Positions 9,764 through 19,152 are shown, counted from the first letter of the stretch. The stretch: 58,463 bases of DNA from an uncultured Ignavibacteriales bacterium (GCA_964464605.1 CAYXJN010000009.1:126001-184463), one strand, 5' to 3'. The notes: generated by a model from the letters alone, not told the origin. A program made the numbers and translations.

Positions 9764-12436
9764 TTAGAACTTAAACTCTACACCGGTACGAATCGAGCGC
9801 GGCGGTGAATAGTTTTGCGGGTCGTTATCGTAAATTTTATCCAACCGATCCAATTCCTGCTGACTCGTCGACGTAGAAGCTCCCGGCCGTGAACCGTCAT
9901 TGTAGGCCAAACCGGTGCGTGAATAGACATCAACAACGTTGCGGCGGTTGAACAAATTATTAACTTCGACAAAGAAGTCGATGCTTCTGGTTTTTGAACC
10001 ACCGAGTGAGAACGTTTTGTTCATCCGCATATCGACGCTGTATCGCGCCGGCAGCCGCCCTTCGTTACGTTCACCTAAACGATTGCCCATCTGATCGGTG
10101 TGTGTGTACGGCAATCCTGATCCGTAATACCCGACCATGGAAATCCCCCAGGCATCCGGCATCTTCATACCGAACAGTTCCTGATTCCATCCCTGCGGAA
10201 CGCGGTATTCAACGACTGCCGTGACCGTATGCCGCTGATCGAAATCGAGTGGATATTCGGTAACCGGAGCGAGTGTATCTTCTGTCGAGGTAATGAACGT
10301 GTAATACGGTTCCAGCGCATATGAACCGTTGCCGCTTGCAATCATATAGCTGTATGCGATCGACGTACTAAAATATCCGCGTACCGGGAGTTTTTCAATT
10401 GCTATATCAAACCCTCTGGCTGATCCGTAATCACCATTTTCAAAAAATGTTACCGGAGAGCCATTGCGCTGGTAAGGCGAACGGGTTGTTACCAAATCAT
10501 TAATATCTTTATAGTACGCGGTAATGTCTAAACGGAGATCATCCGCAATCATATGGTCAATACCTAATTCATAAGAGATAGTTTCTTCCGGTTCCAAGTT
10601 CGGATTTCCGACAAGCGGATAACCGGTAGTAACATCTCCCTGGAGATTCATATAGACATAATTGAACTGCGGAGCCTGATAATAGAGACCGTAGTTGAAG
10701 TGCATAACTGTTTTTTCGGAAATCGGGAATGACATACCGAAGCGCGGCGATATGCGCGTTTTTGCATCGCTGTGCTTGTATACAAGTACCTGGTCGCCAG
10801 GCGTGCTATTGTATTCAACATCGACATTACGGTAATCGATGCGCATACCGGCATTAATGACGAAATTGGCATATTCCATTTTATCCTGTATGTATCCGGC
10901 AAGATATAATGGAGTGCTGGTATACTCTTCGCCGTACGGATTGGTGTTATAGAACTGTTTAACATCCCAGGCGATATCATACGAGCGATATTCGATACCG
11001 CTTTTGAACTGGTGCGTCTTGTTCACCTGATATAACAAATCCGTATGGATAGCGTTGTAGGCAGCTTCACGATGATGATACGCCGGAAGAAAATCTGAAC
11101 CGGTAGTGAATCCGACGAAATTGTACGGATTGCTGGGATTGTAAGCGGTGCCGTTCCAATAATTATGCTCATGAATCGTGCCGTTATAATTTCCGTTCGC
11201 ATCTTCGGAATATCCCGGCCATTGCTTCCAGTACGTATCAAACAAGCTCTTGGGCGCCTGTTTGGTTTCGGATGAGAACCGGCTTAATGAGTTCGTCCAG
11301 ATCAACTTTTCATTGAAGTTGTAGTTTCCGTTCACACCAACCAGGTAAGATTCTTTTTCAAAGGCAGGGAGACCATCCATATTGAAATTGTAAGACCGTC
11401 CGTTTCCGTCACGATGAATAAAGACATCTCCGTCAGCATGGTAATAAGTGAAATTACCTTTCCACTTTGTTTTACCGGTCGGCTGCATCGTAATGTTAGT
11501 TGTGCCGGTAAATGAGTTGGTGGTGTTTTCAGGTAAATACGTCGGAGCGTTGAGCAGTTCTGCTGCCGCAAAGAAATTGTAGCGCTTTGGTTCTAACGTA
11601 AACAGCGGACCGGACAAACGACCGCTGAATCCGCGATCCCCTACCCGCTTGAGCGCATCGATTTTACCGGTACCCGGATTGTACGGGTAGGTTGCCCCTT
11701 CATAATATTTCAATGATCCATGATATTGAGAACCACCTTCCGGCGTTACGGCATTGACCACTCCGGAAAGCGCATCACCATATTCTGCGCTATATCCACC
11801 GGTGGTTAAGGAAAGTTCTTCAAGAGCAGAAGGGATGATGTACATGCCGCTATTGGCAACAAACGGATCCTGAATCGAGAAACCGTCATAATAGTAGCTC
11901 AACTGGCCGGCACGACCACCGCGAACGTGGAGAGCATCATTTTCATCCGTGACCACGCCCGGATATTTATTGAGCACCGCCTGAATCGTGCTGGCATTCG
12001 GCATAACGCGAATACGGTCAGCCGTAAAGATCATCTTCGATTCAGTCATATCTTTTTGAATGGGAGCCAAAGTCGCGCTGACTACCTGTTCAGTGACTTC
12101 GACAGCGGTTTCTTTCAATTCAAGATCAACCGGCGTGGTCAAATCGGCCAGTACGCGCACTTCTTCTTTGGTTATTTTCTGAAATCCGACGTAAGAAATC
12201 GTGATTCGATATTTACCAACCGGGATGTTAATAATGAAGTATTCGCCGTCCTCGTCGGTTTTGGTACCAATCGGCGTTCCCTCAATCATAACGGTCGCCC
12301 CTACTAATGGTTCACCTGTGGCAACGTTCGTTACCAAGCCAGAGATTTTCCCCGTAGTAGATGCAGACAGGTTCGATGCCGCACAGACGACCAACGTGAA
12401 ACCGATCAGTATGCGAAAGAAAGCTTGTTTCCGCAC
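9764..12436 (-). CDS. TonB-dependent receptor with N-terminal carboxypeptidase-regulatory-like domain
   Basis: TGKISGLV..GEPLVGATV..TDEDGEYFI; plug LHVRGGR..GGYSAEYGDALSGVVN; NPNLEPE; NLFNRRN; ends VEFKF. GTG at 12436 has GGAGG RBS (ORF track starts 12454). Confidence 0.9.
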   Translation of the reverse strand: MRKQAFFRILIGFTLVVCAASNLSASTTGKISGLVTNVATGEPLVGATVMIEGTPIGTKTDEDGEYFIINIPVGKYRITISYVGFQKITKEEVRVLADLTTPVDLELKETAVEVTEQVVSATLAPIQKDMTESKMIFTADRIRVMPNASTIQAVLNKYPGVVTDENDALHVRGGRAGQLSYYYDGFSIQDPFVANSGMYIIPSALEELSLTTGGYSAEYGDALSGVVNAVTPEGGSQYHGSLKYYEGATYPYNPGTGKIDALKRVGDRGFSGRLSGPLFTLEPKRYNFFAAAELLNAPTYLPENTTNSFTGTTNITMQPTGKTKWKGNFTYYHADGDVFIHRDGNGRSYNFNMDGLPAFEKESYLVGVNGNYNFNEKLIWTNSLSRFSSETKQAPKSLFDTYWKQWPGYSEDANGNYNGTIHEHNYWNGTAYNPSNPYNFVGFTTGSDFLPAYHHREAAYNAIHTDLLYQVNKTHQFKSGIEYRSYDIAWDVKQFYNTNPYGEEYTSTPLYLAGYIQDKMEYANFVINAGMRIDYRNVDVEYNSTPGDQVLVYKHSDAKTRISPRFGMSFPISEKTVMHFNYGLYYQAPQFNYVYMNLQGDVTTGYPLVGNPNLEPEETISYELGIDHMIADDLRLDITAYYKDINDLVTTRSPYQRNGSPVTFFENGDYGSARGFDIAIEKLPVRGYFSTSIAYSYMIASGNGSYALEPYYTFITSTEDTLAPVTEYPLDFDQRHTVTAVVEYRVPQGWNQELFGMKMPDAWGISMVGYYGSGLPYTHTDQMGNRLGERNEGRLPARYSVDMRMNKTFSLGGSKTRSIDFFVEVNNLFNRRNVVDVYSRTGLAYNDGSRPGASTSTSQQELDRLDKIYDNDPQNYSPPRSIRTGVEFKF

Positions 12437-12540
12437 CAAAGTGCGTCCTCCCATTAAGAATCCGCCGAGCGTTTTAAGCTTCGGCTACCGTAAACTGTCA
12501 ATGGTTCGGGTTGTCAGCGCTACGGTGTCCTTTGGCCTCA

Positions 12541-12567
12541 TTATCGAACTGTTCAGAAATTTCTTAA
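12541..12567 (-). promoter_or_regulatory. Sigma28-like promoter candidate for the TBDR operon
   Basis: Minus strand TTAAGAAA-N11-TTCGATAA vs FliA consensus TAAAGTTT-N11-GCCGATAA. Confidence 0.3.
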
Positions 12568-12641
12568 CCGATCGGCACACTTTTTTTGAAGGAGTCAAAA
12601 AATGAATGGAAAAGAAAAAGCGAGTCTAATCGACTGGCGGG

Positions 12642-12668
12642 TAAAAAATTGCGGCTAAATACCGACAT
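12642..12668 (+). promoter_or_regulatory. Sigma28-like promoter candidate for the SBP-kinase operon
   Basis: TAAA-N15-ACCGACAT. Confidence 0.3.
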
Positions 12669-12771
12669 AGATTACGAAAACGGTTCGGGATAAGTCTGTC
12701 TGCGGCGAAGAACGTACGGTCACAAACCTAATGAAAGGGTTGTAACTATTCTTACGCCGGTTATTCGATGC

Positions 12772-13704
12772 ATGGGCGTGTTGGCTCTTTTGTGCCACCT
12801 TCTCGCCAGCGGTGAGGTGCGCGCAGACAGAGAGGTGCATATTGCAACCCTAACCAGTGACACGCTGACTTCCACGACTCGAACGCTGCAAGGAGCGCGG
12901 AATGTCATTCTCCAGCAGAATGACAAAGTGGTGTTTCATCACTTTACCTGCGGATCCGCCGCCCATAGCAGTTCTGTGGTTGATTCTATCACCAGAATAA
13001 AACCAACACTTATTCTGACAGTAGGAACAGTCGCAACTGACATGGCGAAGAAGGAATTTCCGAATACGCCCATTATCTTCTCTTCCGTTATCCACCCCGA
13101 ACTATCCGGCTTCGTCGAGAGTAATAAAGTCCCAAACACGAATATGACCGGCGCATCGCTTGATATTCCGATCGACATTCAGTTTAAGTATTTTAAGAAA
13201 ATTGTCCCGAACATTAAGCGAATCGGTGTGCTCTACACGCCAGAAACCGAGCACCTGATCAATCAGGCTAAGGAAGCAGCTCGCGCGGAGGGGATCGACC
13301 TTGTTCCCGTAACCGTTCATGAAAACAAGGACCTCCCCTCTGCACTTGATTCTGTTTCCGCTCATGTCGATGGACTCTGGTCAGTACCTGACCCGCAACT
13401 GTTTACCCCGCAGTCTACCCGTTACATCTTATTGAACACGATTCGGCGCTCAATTCCGTTCATGGGTTTCTCCCGCAATGTTGTTGAATCAGGTGCGCTT
13501 TTTGCCCTCGATTTCGACTACAAAGCGGTAGGCATGCAGGCCGGCCGGATTGTCAATCAGGTTTTGGGAGGACAAAATCCCGGTACAATTGAGGTTTCTT
13601 CAGTCGACGTTATCTGGTTTCACTACAACGAAAAAACAGCGAAGTTGATAAACGTTGCCATACCGGATGAGTTAGTTGCCGTTGCCAAGGAGGTGTACAG
13701 ATGA
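12772..13704 (+). CDS. ABC-type substrate-binding protein (ABC_sub_bind-like); start uncertain
   Basis: LILTVGT, TPIIFSSV, NMTGAS, KRIGVLY, VESGALFAL..DYKAVGMQAG, NEKTAKLI. Confidence 0.85.
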   Translation: MGVLALLCHLLASGEVRADREVHIATLTSDTLTSTTRTLQGARNVILQQNDKVVFHHFTCGSAAHSSSVVDSITRIKPTLILTVGTVATDMAKKEFPNTPIIFSSVIHPELSGFVESNKVPNTNMTGASLDIPIDIQFKYFKKIVPNIKRIGVLYTPETEHLINQAKEAARAEGIDLVPVTVHENKDLPSALDSVSAHVDGLWSVPDPQLFTPQSTRYILLNTIRRSIPFMGFSRNVVESGALFALDFDYKAVGMQAGRIVNQVLGGQNPGTIEVSSVDVIWFHYNEKTAKLINVAIPDELVAVAKEVYR

Positions 13705-15374
13705 CACTTCCACTGGCATTGCGTCGCTTTTCATTGCGGGCAAAATTCATTCTGCCTATCTCGATCGTGGTATGCGTGAGCGTATTCGCTATCAGTACCT
13801 ACTTGATTCGTCAGCAAGCTGATGGCTTCCATCGTGAATTTGAAGAAAACGGCCAGACCATGTCCCGCCTTGTCGCCCGTCAGGCGGAAAGCGGCGTATT
13901 GTTTGAAGACCGTGACGATCTGAAATCGATTCTCGGGCAGTTAACGGTCATCGACGATGTCAGCTACGCCGTAATCACCGACAACGAAGGGAAAGTGCTT
14001 GCGGAAATCGGTACCTGGCCGACCACAAACCATGAAACGCCGAAACCGGTTACTATTGCTACCGATCGCAGCAGCATGCAGTACATCCAATTCGAGAAGG
14101 AGCATTCCTGCATTCAATTTGTCAGTCCGATTGTGACTATTCAGGAAACATTGAATCCGGAAAATCTCGGTACGACCGGACGAATCGATTCCAGCATGAC
14201 CAGCGGTTCTTCCGAGCAGCAAATCGGAACATTGCGTGTGCTCTGGTCGCTTGAACAAGTGGAAAAAGCGATCGAGAAATCGACTACAACGGCAATCGTC
14301 CTCACGCTCTTTATTCTCCTTTTGACCATTGTGGTATTGGCTCTTGTTGTTCGTGCCGTTATTGAACCGGTTAAACGGCTTGTGGAAGCAACCGACCAAG
14401 TTGCCTGCGGCAACTACACGCAGAAAGTGGAAGTTGTCCACGAAGATGAAATCGGCCAGCTCGCACTTACGTTCAACGAAATGATTGAATCGCTGCGGCA
14501 ATCGCGCGAGGCAATCGAAGAATACAACCGTACCCTCGAACAGCGTATTCAGGAGCGCACCCGCGCTTTGGAAGAAGCACAGGCGCAGTTGACCCAGTCG
14601 GAAAAGATGAACGCTATCGGCCAGCTCTCTGCCGGCGTTGCCCATGAACTCAATAATCCTCTCGGTGGTATTCTTGGCTATGCCCAATTCGCGCTTGAAA
14701 AGCTGCGTAAAGGGAATGTCATCAATCCGGATTCACCTGATTCTAAGAACTTTGTCCGCTACTTGAGTGATATCGAAACTCAGGCACGACGCTGCAAGAC
14801 AATTGTGCAAAACTTGCTGCGTTTCGCCCGCACCTCGCATACCGCTGAGTTCGAGGCAGTTGATATCAACAAGGCGATCGAAGAAACAAGAACATTCGTT
14901 GAACATCAGTTGAATATGCACCAGATACATTTGGTGACTGATTTGGGCGAAAATCTGCCGATTATCTACGGCAATATCTCGCAGTTACAACAGGTGTTTA
15001 CCAATCTGATTATCAACGCTATGCATGCATCCCCGCCCGATTCGGCTATTACAATCCGTACCCGCCATAGCCAGCCGGTCGGCGAGTTTGTCGGAACAGT
15101 GGAAATGCAGTTTATCGATCAGGGTTGCGGCATTCCGGCTGAGAACATGAAAAAAATATTCGAACCGTTCTTTACGACCAAAGAAGTCGGCAAAGGCACA
15201 GGACTTGGCCTGTCAGTGAGTTACGGCATTATCCGTGAGCATGGCGGCGAAATCCGTGTCCATTCGACCGTTGGCGTCGGCACCACCTTTACTATAGTGC
15301 TGCCGCTTCAGAAAAAGAGCCCGACAACCGATATTGACGTTAGGCCATTTACTTCGGTAGCGAGCAAAGGGTAA
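13701..15374 (+). CDS. Membrane sensor histidine kinase with HAMP domain (NtrB-like)
   Basis: Two TM helices, [18 protein letters not shown]-box [12 protein letters not shown]-box [30 protein letters not shown]. Confidence 0.95.
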   Translation: MTLPLALRRFSLRAKFILPISIVVCVSVFAISTYLIRQQADGFHREFEENGQTMSRLVARQAESGVLFEDRDDLKSILGQLTVIDDVSYAVITDNEGKVLAEIGTWPTTNHETPKPVTIATDRSSMQYIQFEKEHSCIQFVSPIVTIQETLNPENLGTTGRIDSSMTSGSSEQQIGTLRVLWSLEQVEKAIEKSTTTAIVLTLFILLLTIVVLALVVRAVIEPVKRLVEATDQVACGNYTQKVEVVHEDEIGQLALTFNEMIESLRQSREAIEEYNRTLEQRIQERTRALEEAQAQLTQSEKMNAIGQLSAGVAHELNNPLGGILGYAQFALEKLRKGNVINPDSPDSKNFVRYLSDIETQARRCKTIVQNLLRFARTSHTAEFEAVDINKAIEETRTFVEHQLNMHQIHLVTDLGENLPIIYGNISQLQQVFTNLIINAMHASPPDSAITIRTRHSQPVGEFVGTVEMQFIDQGCGIPAENMKKIFEPFFTTKEVGKGTGLGLSVSYGIIREHGGEIRVHSTVGVGTTFTIVLPLQKKSPTTDIDVRPFTSVASKG

Positions 15375-15380
15375 TCGAGT

Positions 15381-15767
15381 ATGTCGGGAAATCCCAGTCT
15401 ACTGGTCGTCGATGATGAATCAGTCATCCGCGACTTTTTATACGAAATCTTCTGTGACACGTACGATGTCACTTTAGTGACGGATGGAGATGAGGCAATC
15501 GACTGCCTCAAACAGCGCTCTTTTGATTTAATCATCACCGACCTTAAAATGCAGAGGGTCTCAGGCGAAGAAGTAGTTCGCTATGCCTCACAGCATAGAC
15601 CGGAAAGTAAAGTCATTGTCATCTCCGGCTATTCCAGCCTGTACGCCGCAAGTCAGTCGGTCAGCCACGGCGCGAGCGGGTTTTTGTCGAAACCGTTCAG
15701 CATTAAACAACTGATGCAAACCGTCGAGCAAGTCACCTCCGGCAACTCAGGAGGCGGTAATGGCTGA
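15381..15767 (+). CDS. Single-domain response regulator
   Basis: LVVDDE, IITDLKM, ISGY, LSKPF. Confidence 0.93.
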   Translation: MSGNPSLLVVDDESVIRDFLYEIFCDTYDVTLVTDGDEAIDCLKQRSFDLIITDLKMQRVSGEEVVRYASQHRPESKVIVISGYSSLYAASQSVSHGASGFLSKPFSIKQLMQTVEQVTSGNSGGGNG

Positions 15768-16128
15768 TATTTTAATTATCGATGATTCCCAGCTTATCCG
15801 AAATCTATTGACTGAGTATCTTTCGGAAAAAGGATTCACAACCGATACCGCTATCGACGGCCAGCAGGGAATCGAAAGAGCACTGACCGGAAATTACCGT
15901 CTGGTTATCTGCGATATTCATATGCCGCGCCGTAACGGCTATGAGGTGTTCTCCACGGTACGAAAGCAATTACCCAAGCTCAATTTTATAATGACCGACT
16001 CGTTACCCGACCATCTTGCAGAACAGGCCCAGAATGAGGGAGCAATCGGCTGTCTGCAAAAACCGTTTGATTTAAACGAACTGATTAAAATCGTAGAAAA
16101 ACTGCTGACCCCGACCCTCACCAGATGA
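15760..16128 (+). CDS. Single-domain response regulator
   Basis: LIIDDS, ICDIHMP, IMT, LQKPF. Confidence 0.92.
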   Translation: MADILIIDDSQLIRNLLTEYLSEKGFTTDTAIDGQQGIERALTGNYRLVICDIHMPRRNGYEVFSTVRKQLPKLNFIMTDSLPDHLAEQAQNEGAIGCLQKPFDLNELIKIVEKLLTPTLTR

Positions 16129-17807
16129 AAGCAGCTGATATCAGCCAGTTGAAGGTTCTTGTCGTTGACGATGAATCAATCGTCGTCTCGTTAGTCCGAG
16201 ATGCGCTTGAAGATCTCTTTCCACATATATATACGACCTACTCCGCCCCTGAAGCCCTCGATCTGATTATCCAGCATGATATTGATCTGGTGATTACTGA
16301 TGTTCGTATGCCGGTGATGACCGGTATCGAACTGGTCAGCCGCGCTCGGGAAGTTAACCCCTCCATCGGCGCGATTTTTATGACCGGCTATGCTGATTTG
16401 AACTCGGCCAAAGAAGCAATCAAACAGGGTGCGCTTGATTATATCCAAAAGCCGTTTGAACTGGTCGATATTCGCCAGACTGCTAACTCTGCCGCACAAA
16501 AATTAGTGCAGCAGGCTGCTGACAAGCAATCCGGCAAACATCTGGAACGGTTGAGCGATTTGAATCAGATGATTTACGCTACCGGTGACAGGAAATCGCT
16601 TATGCTGGCATCTTTACGTTTCGTCATTCTCCACTGCGCTTCCGATCGCGGTTGTGTGCTTTTCAGTGACAAAGAAAATAGTGAATTGACCTTGCTCAAT
16701 TTGTGCGGCGACACAATGGAAGAAACATCTTTCAATGTCCCTTCTCCCTCAATCTTTCTCGACAGTCTTATGCCGCCGAATCGCGCCAATGCGGTGCTCT
16801 TGGCCAGTATCAATGAACATCAGGCAGTAATGTCACAGGAACATACGGGAGTCGGCAAAGCGCTGGTTTCTTTATTCGGCACCTGGAAAGGTGCAATTGC
16901 TACCCTGGCAATTCACCGCGGCGAAACGGTACATGGCTATATGGTCGTCGGACTTCCCGAAACTACCATGACCGTCACCGAAGGGAATCTTAAATTTCTT
17001 TCTATTACCCTCAGTCAGTTGGCGCTTTCGCTTGAAAATCTTTCGCTACTTGAAAAAACACAGGCAGCCTATAGCCGTTTGAAAGAATTGCAGGATGTTT
17101 CCATCCACTTGGAAAAACTGGCCGCTCGTGGTGAAATGGCTGCCGAAATCGCGCATGAACTGAACAACTTTATCGCGGTTGTAAGCGGTAAAGCTGAACT
17201 TTTGGAAATGCAGATCAAACACGGCAATCTCAACACGATTGATAATCATATTTCGGCGATTAAAGAGAACATCGAAAAAGTACGGCGCTTCACCAGCGAC
17301 TTGATGGATTACCGCTCCACCGAAACGCGCCGGGAAGTTGTCTCATTCGAGCGCATCCTCTCCGAAGTGGTCGACTATCTCCGTCCGCAAAAACGGTTCA
17401 GCGATATCGATATTCGCACTTCATTCAGAATCGATCCGAACTTCGAAGGGGATACCACGCAGATTCAGCAGTTGTTGTATAATCTCTTTAACAATGCTGC
17501 CGATGCAATGCTCGACTGCTCATCAAAGCAGATTTCAGTGGTACTCGAAGAAGGCTCCACCAAAAATCATTTCCGCGTTGCTATCACCGACACTGGAGCC
17601 GGTATCGACCCTGAATTTTTGAAGAAAGCATTCAAAGAACGCTTCACCACCAAAGAACATGGTCACGGCTATGGACTGATTGTCTGTGGAAGAATTATCG
17701 AAAACCATGGCGGCGTGCTGAATATCGAATCCCAGCCAAACAAGGGAACGACGATTGGCATCGACTTCCCTGTTGCCCACACTCACGACGCGGTTTTAGT
17801 CTACTAA
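16125..17807 (+). CDS. Hybrid receiver-GAF-like-histidine kinase
   Basis: N-terminal REC (VVDDE, TDVRMP, QKPF), GAF-like middle ending LALSLEN, H-box EIAHELNN, NLFNNA, DTGAGI, GHGYGL. Confidence 0.9.
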   Translation: MKAADISQLKVLVVDDESIVVSLVRDALEDLFPHIYTTYSAPEALDLIIQHDIDLVITDVRMPVMTGIELVSRAREVNPSIGAIFMTGYADLNSAKEAIKQGALDYIQKPFELVDIRQTANSAAQKLVQQAADKQSGKHLERLSDLNQMIYATGDRKSLMLASLRFVILHCASDRGCVLFSDKENSELTLLNLCGDTMEETSFNVPSPSIFLDSLMPPNRANAVLLASINEHQAVMSQEHTGVGKALVSLFGTWKGAIATLAIHRGETVHGYMVVGLPETTMTVTEGNLKFLSITLSQLALSLENLSLLEKTQAAYSRLKELQDVSIHLEKLAARGEMAAEIAHELNNFIAVVSGKAELLEMQIKHGNLNTIDNHISAIKENIEKVRRFTSDLMDYRSTETRREVVSFERILSEVVDYLRPQKRFSDIDIRTSFRIDPNFEGDTTQIQQLLYNLFNNAADAMLDCSSKQISVVLEEGSTKNHFRVAITDTGAGIDPEFLKKAFKERFTTKEHGHGYGLIVCGRIIENHGGVLNIESQPNKGTTIGIDFPVAHTHDAVLVY

Positions 17808-18379
17808 ATCCCCGACCGGCTTCCCCGCTGCGTCAACGATTCCCCTTTAAGACATAATGGACACTGCGGCTGTACCCAGCTTGTTGCGGCAACAGATGCT
17901 AATGAATGTACCGGATACGGAAACTTGGCTGCACCGTTGGAACGATCTAACATTAGACAGATACCGACAATCTCCGCCTCATACATATTGACCAACTCGA
18001 TAACTTCGTCGACTGATTTCCCGGTAGTGAGAACGTCATCGACAATCGCGACTTTCTCCCCTTTACGGAGCGAAAACCCACGCTTGAATACCCGTCCCGT
18101 TTCACCGGCTTCTGCGTAAATCGAACGAACGCCTAAATACCGGGCGACATCATAGGCAATAATCACGCCTCCTGTTGTCGGTCCAACAATCGTTTCCGGT
18201 TTTGCCGCTTTCAGTTTATTCGCCATCTCTTCGCAGATTTTCGTGCACAAATTCGGCTGGCTTAACAGTGCGAATTTTTCGTAATAGACATCCGAATGTC
18301 TGCCTGAAGTCAGCTTGAAGTGCCCGGAAAGCAACGCATCCGATTCACGAAACAATTTCAATATCTCTTCCTGAGTCAT
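17804..18379 (-). CDS. pyrE: Orotate phosphoribosyltransferase
   Basis: GHFKLTSGRHS, PRPP motif VAIVDDVLTTGKS. Confidence 0.93.
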   Translation of the reverse strand: MTQEEILKLFRESDALLSGHFKLTSGRHSDVYYEKFALLSQPNLCTKICEEMANKLKAAKPETIVGPTTGGVIIAYDVARYLGVRSIYAEAGETGRVFKRGFSLRKGEKVAIVDDVLTTGKSVDEVIELVNMYEAEIVGICLMLDRSNGAAKFPYPVHSLASVAATSWVQPQCPLCLKGESLTQRGSRSGI

Positions 18380-18747
18380 TATTCCTCCACAAATATCGCC
18401 ACAGCGGCGGCATGATTCCGTTCATGAGTGATCGACAAGTGACATTTTACTTTCGGACTCATCCCGGGCAGAACACTTACATCGAAGCTCGGGCGTCCTG
18501 TATGGTCGTTGGTAATTTCCAAAGAGTACAGTTTCGGCCGTTTGTCGGTAAAATGTCCCAGCCCTTTCAGAATCGCCTCTTTGGCGGCAAAACGGCCTGC
18601 CACAAAAATCACTTTATCCTGCCGGATTTCATAGAGCCGGAGCTCATACGGTCCCAGTATTTTTTTCAAAAAACGCTGGCCATATGTCCCGACATTCTGG
18701 GCAATCCGGTCAATATCAACAAGATCAAGTCCTACCGAGCGCACCAT
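18379..18747 (-). CDS. acpS: Holo-[acyl-carrier-protein] synthase
   Basis: VGLDLVDI, AGRFAAKEA, LSITHE; ATG 18747 follows AGAGGGA (ORF track starts 18783). Confidence 0.93.
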   Translation of the reverse strand: MVRSVGLDLVDIDRIAQNVGTYGQRFLKKILGPYELRLYEIRQDKVIFVAGRFAAKEAILKGLGHFTDKRPKLYSLEITNDHTGRPSFDVSVLPGMSPKVKCHLSITHERNHAAAVAIFVEE

Positions 18748-18807
18748 ATCCCTCTTTATACTATCTTTTTCCGCATGGCGCAATGGTTGGCCGATTAGTC
18801 ATCTTTT

Positions 18808-18843
18808 GTAGGTCGGTGTTTCGAGTCCTCAAGAAACCCGACA
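18808..18843 (+). repeat. REP-like palindrome (GTAG-GTCGG...CCGAC-A class)
   Basis: GTAG then GTCGGtGTTTC / GAAACCCGAC inverted repeat. Confidence 0.5.
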
Positions 18844-18885
18844 ACTTAATCTTATCCAAAAATCCTTACAAAGCCAAAATCCCCG

Positions 18886-18908
18886 GTGGCACACCCTTTA
18901 GGGTGTGA
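18886..18908 (+). repeat. REP-like palindrome copy 1 (GTGG-CACACCCTTTAGGGTGTG-A)
   Basis: GT(A/G)G tetranucleotide + perfect 8-bp-arm palindrome; 22/23 identical to 36468-36490. Confidence 0.7.
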
Positions 18909-18926
18909 AAAGTGAGAAAAACACTA

Positions 18927-18953
18927 TTGCGTTCTTGGGGCATGTGGTATATT
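18927..18953 (+). promoter_or_regulatory. Sigma70-type promoter candidate upstream of the structured RNA
   Basis: TTGCGT-N15-TATATT with extended -10 TGn; spacer is short. Confidence 0.35.
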
Positions 18954-18969
18954 CAAACACGAATTGTGT

Positions 18970-19152
18970 GGAGAGAGGTGAGAGCAATTTGAAAATCTCT
19001 AACACTTCGTTTATGAAGGGTGTCTCCAAGTCGTTGCGTTAACGCCGTGACCCATGCCGAAAGGTATGATAGCGAACACAAAATACGACCGGTGGCAGTA
19101 ACTCCTTTACCGTATTGGTAGTGGAGCATTTTCAAATCGCGACCCTCTCTCC
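18970..19152 (+). ncRNA. Putative structured ncRNA, ~183 nt, 6S RNA-like rod with central junction
   Basis: GGAGAGAGG/CCTCTCTCC (9 bp) and GCAATTTGAAAAT/ATTTTCAAATCGC (12/13) closing stems; apical CATGCC-GAAA-GGTATG; G-U pairs and GNRA loop favour + strand. Confidence 0.5.

Noticed and set aside
12455..12545. c-di-GMP-I (GEMM) riboswitch upstream of the TBDR
   Set aside because: Only fragments (GGCCAAAGG, GGTAGCCG) resemble it; the GNRA hairpin and GCAAA/tetraloop-receptor core are absent.
13941..14687. Long antisense ORFs (also 34037-34669, 35185-35766, 45697-46299, 55457-56107)
   Set aside because: They lie wholly opposite well-supported genes and have no protein-like motifs; shadow ORFs.
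18970..19152. Lysine riboswitch, or the 60-aa ORF 18953-19135
   Set aside because: AGAGGTG and GCCGAA occur but the pairing pattern is a closed rod rather than the L-box five-way junction, and the downstream gene is unrelated; the ORF has no recognisable features.
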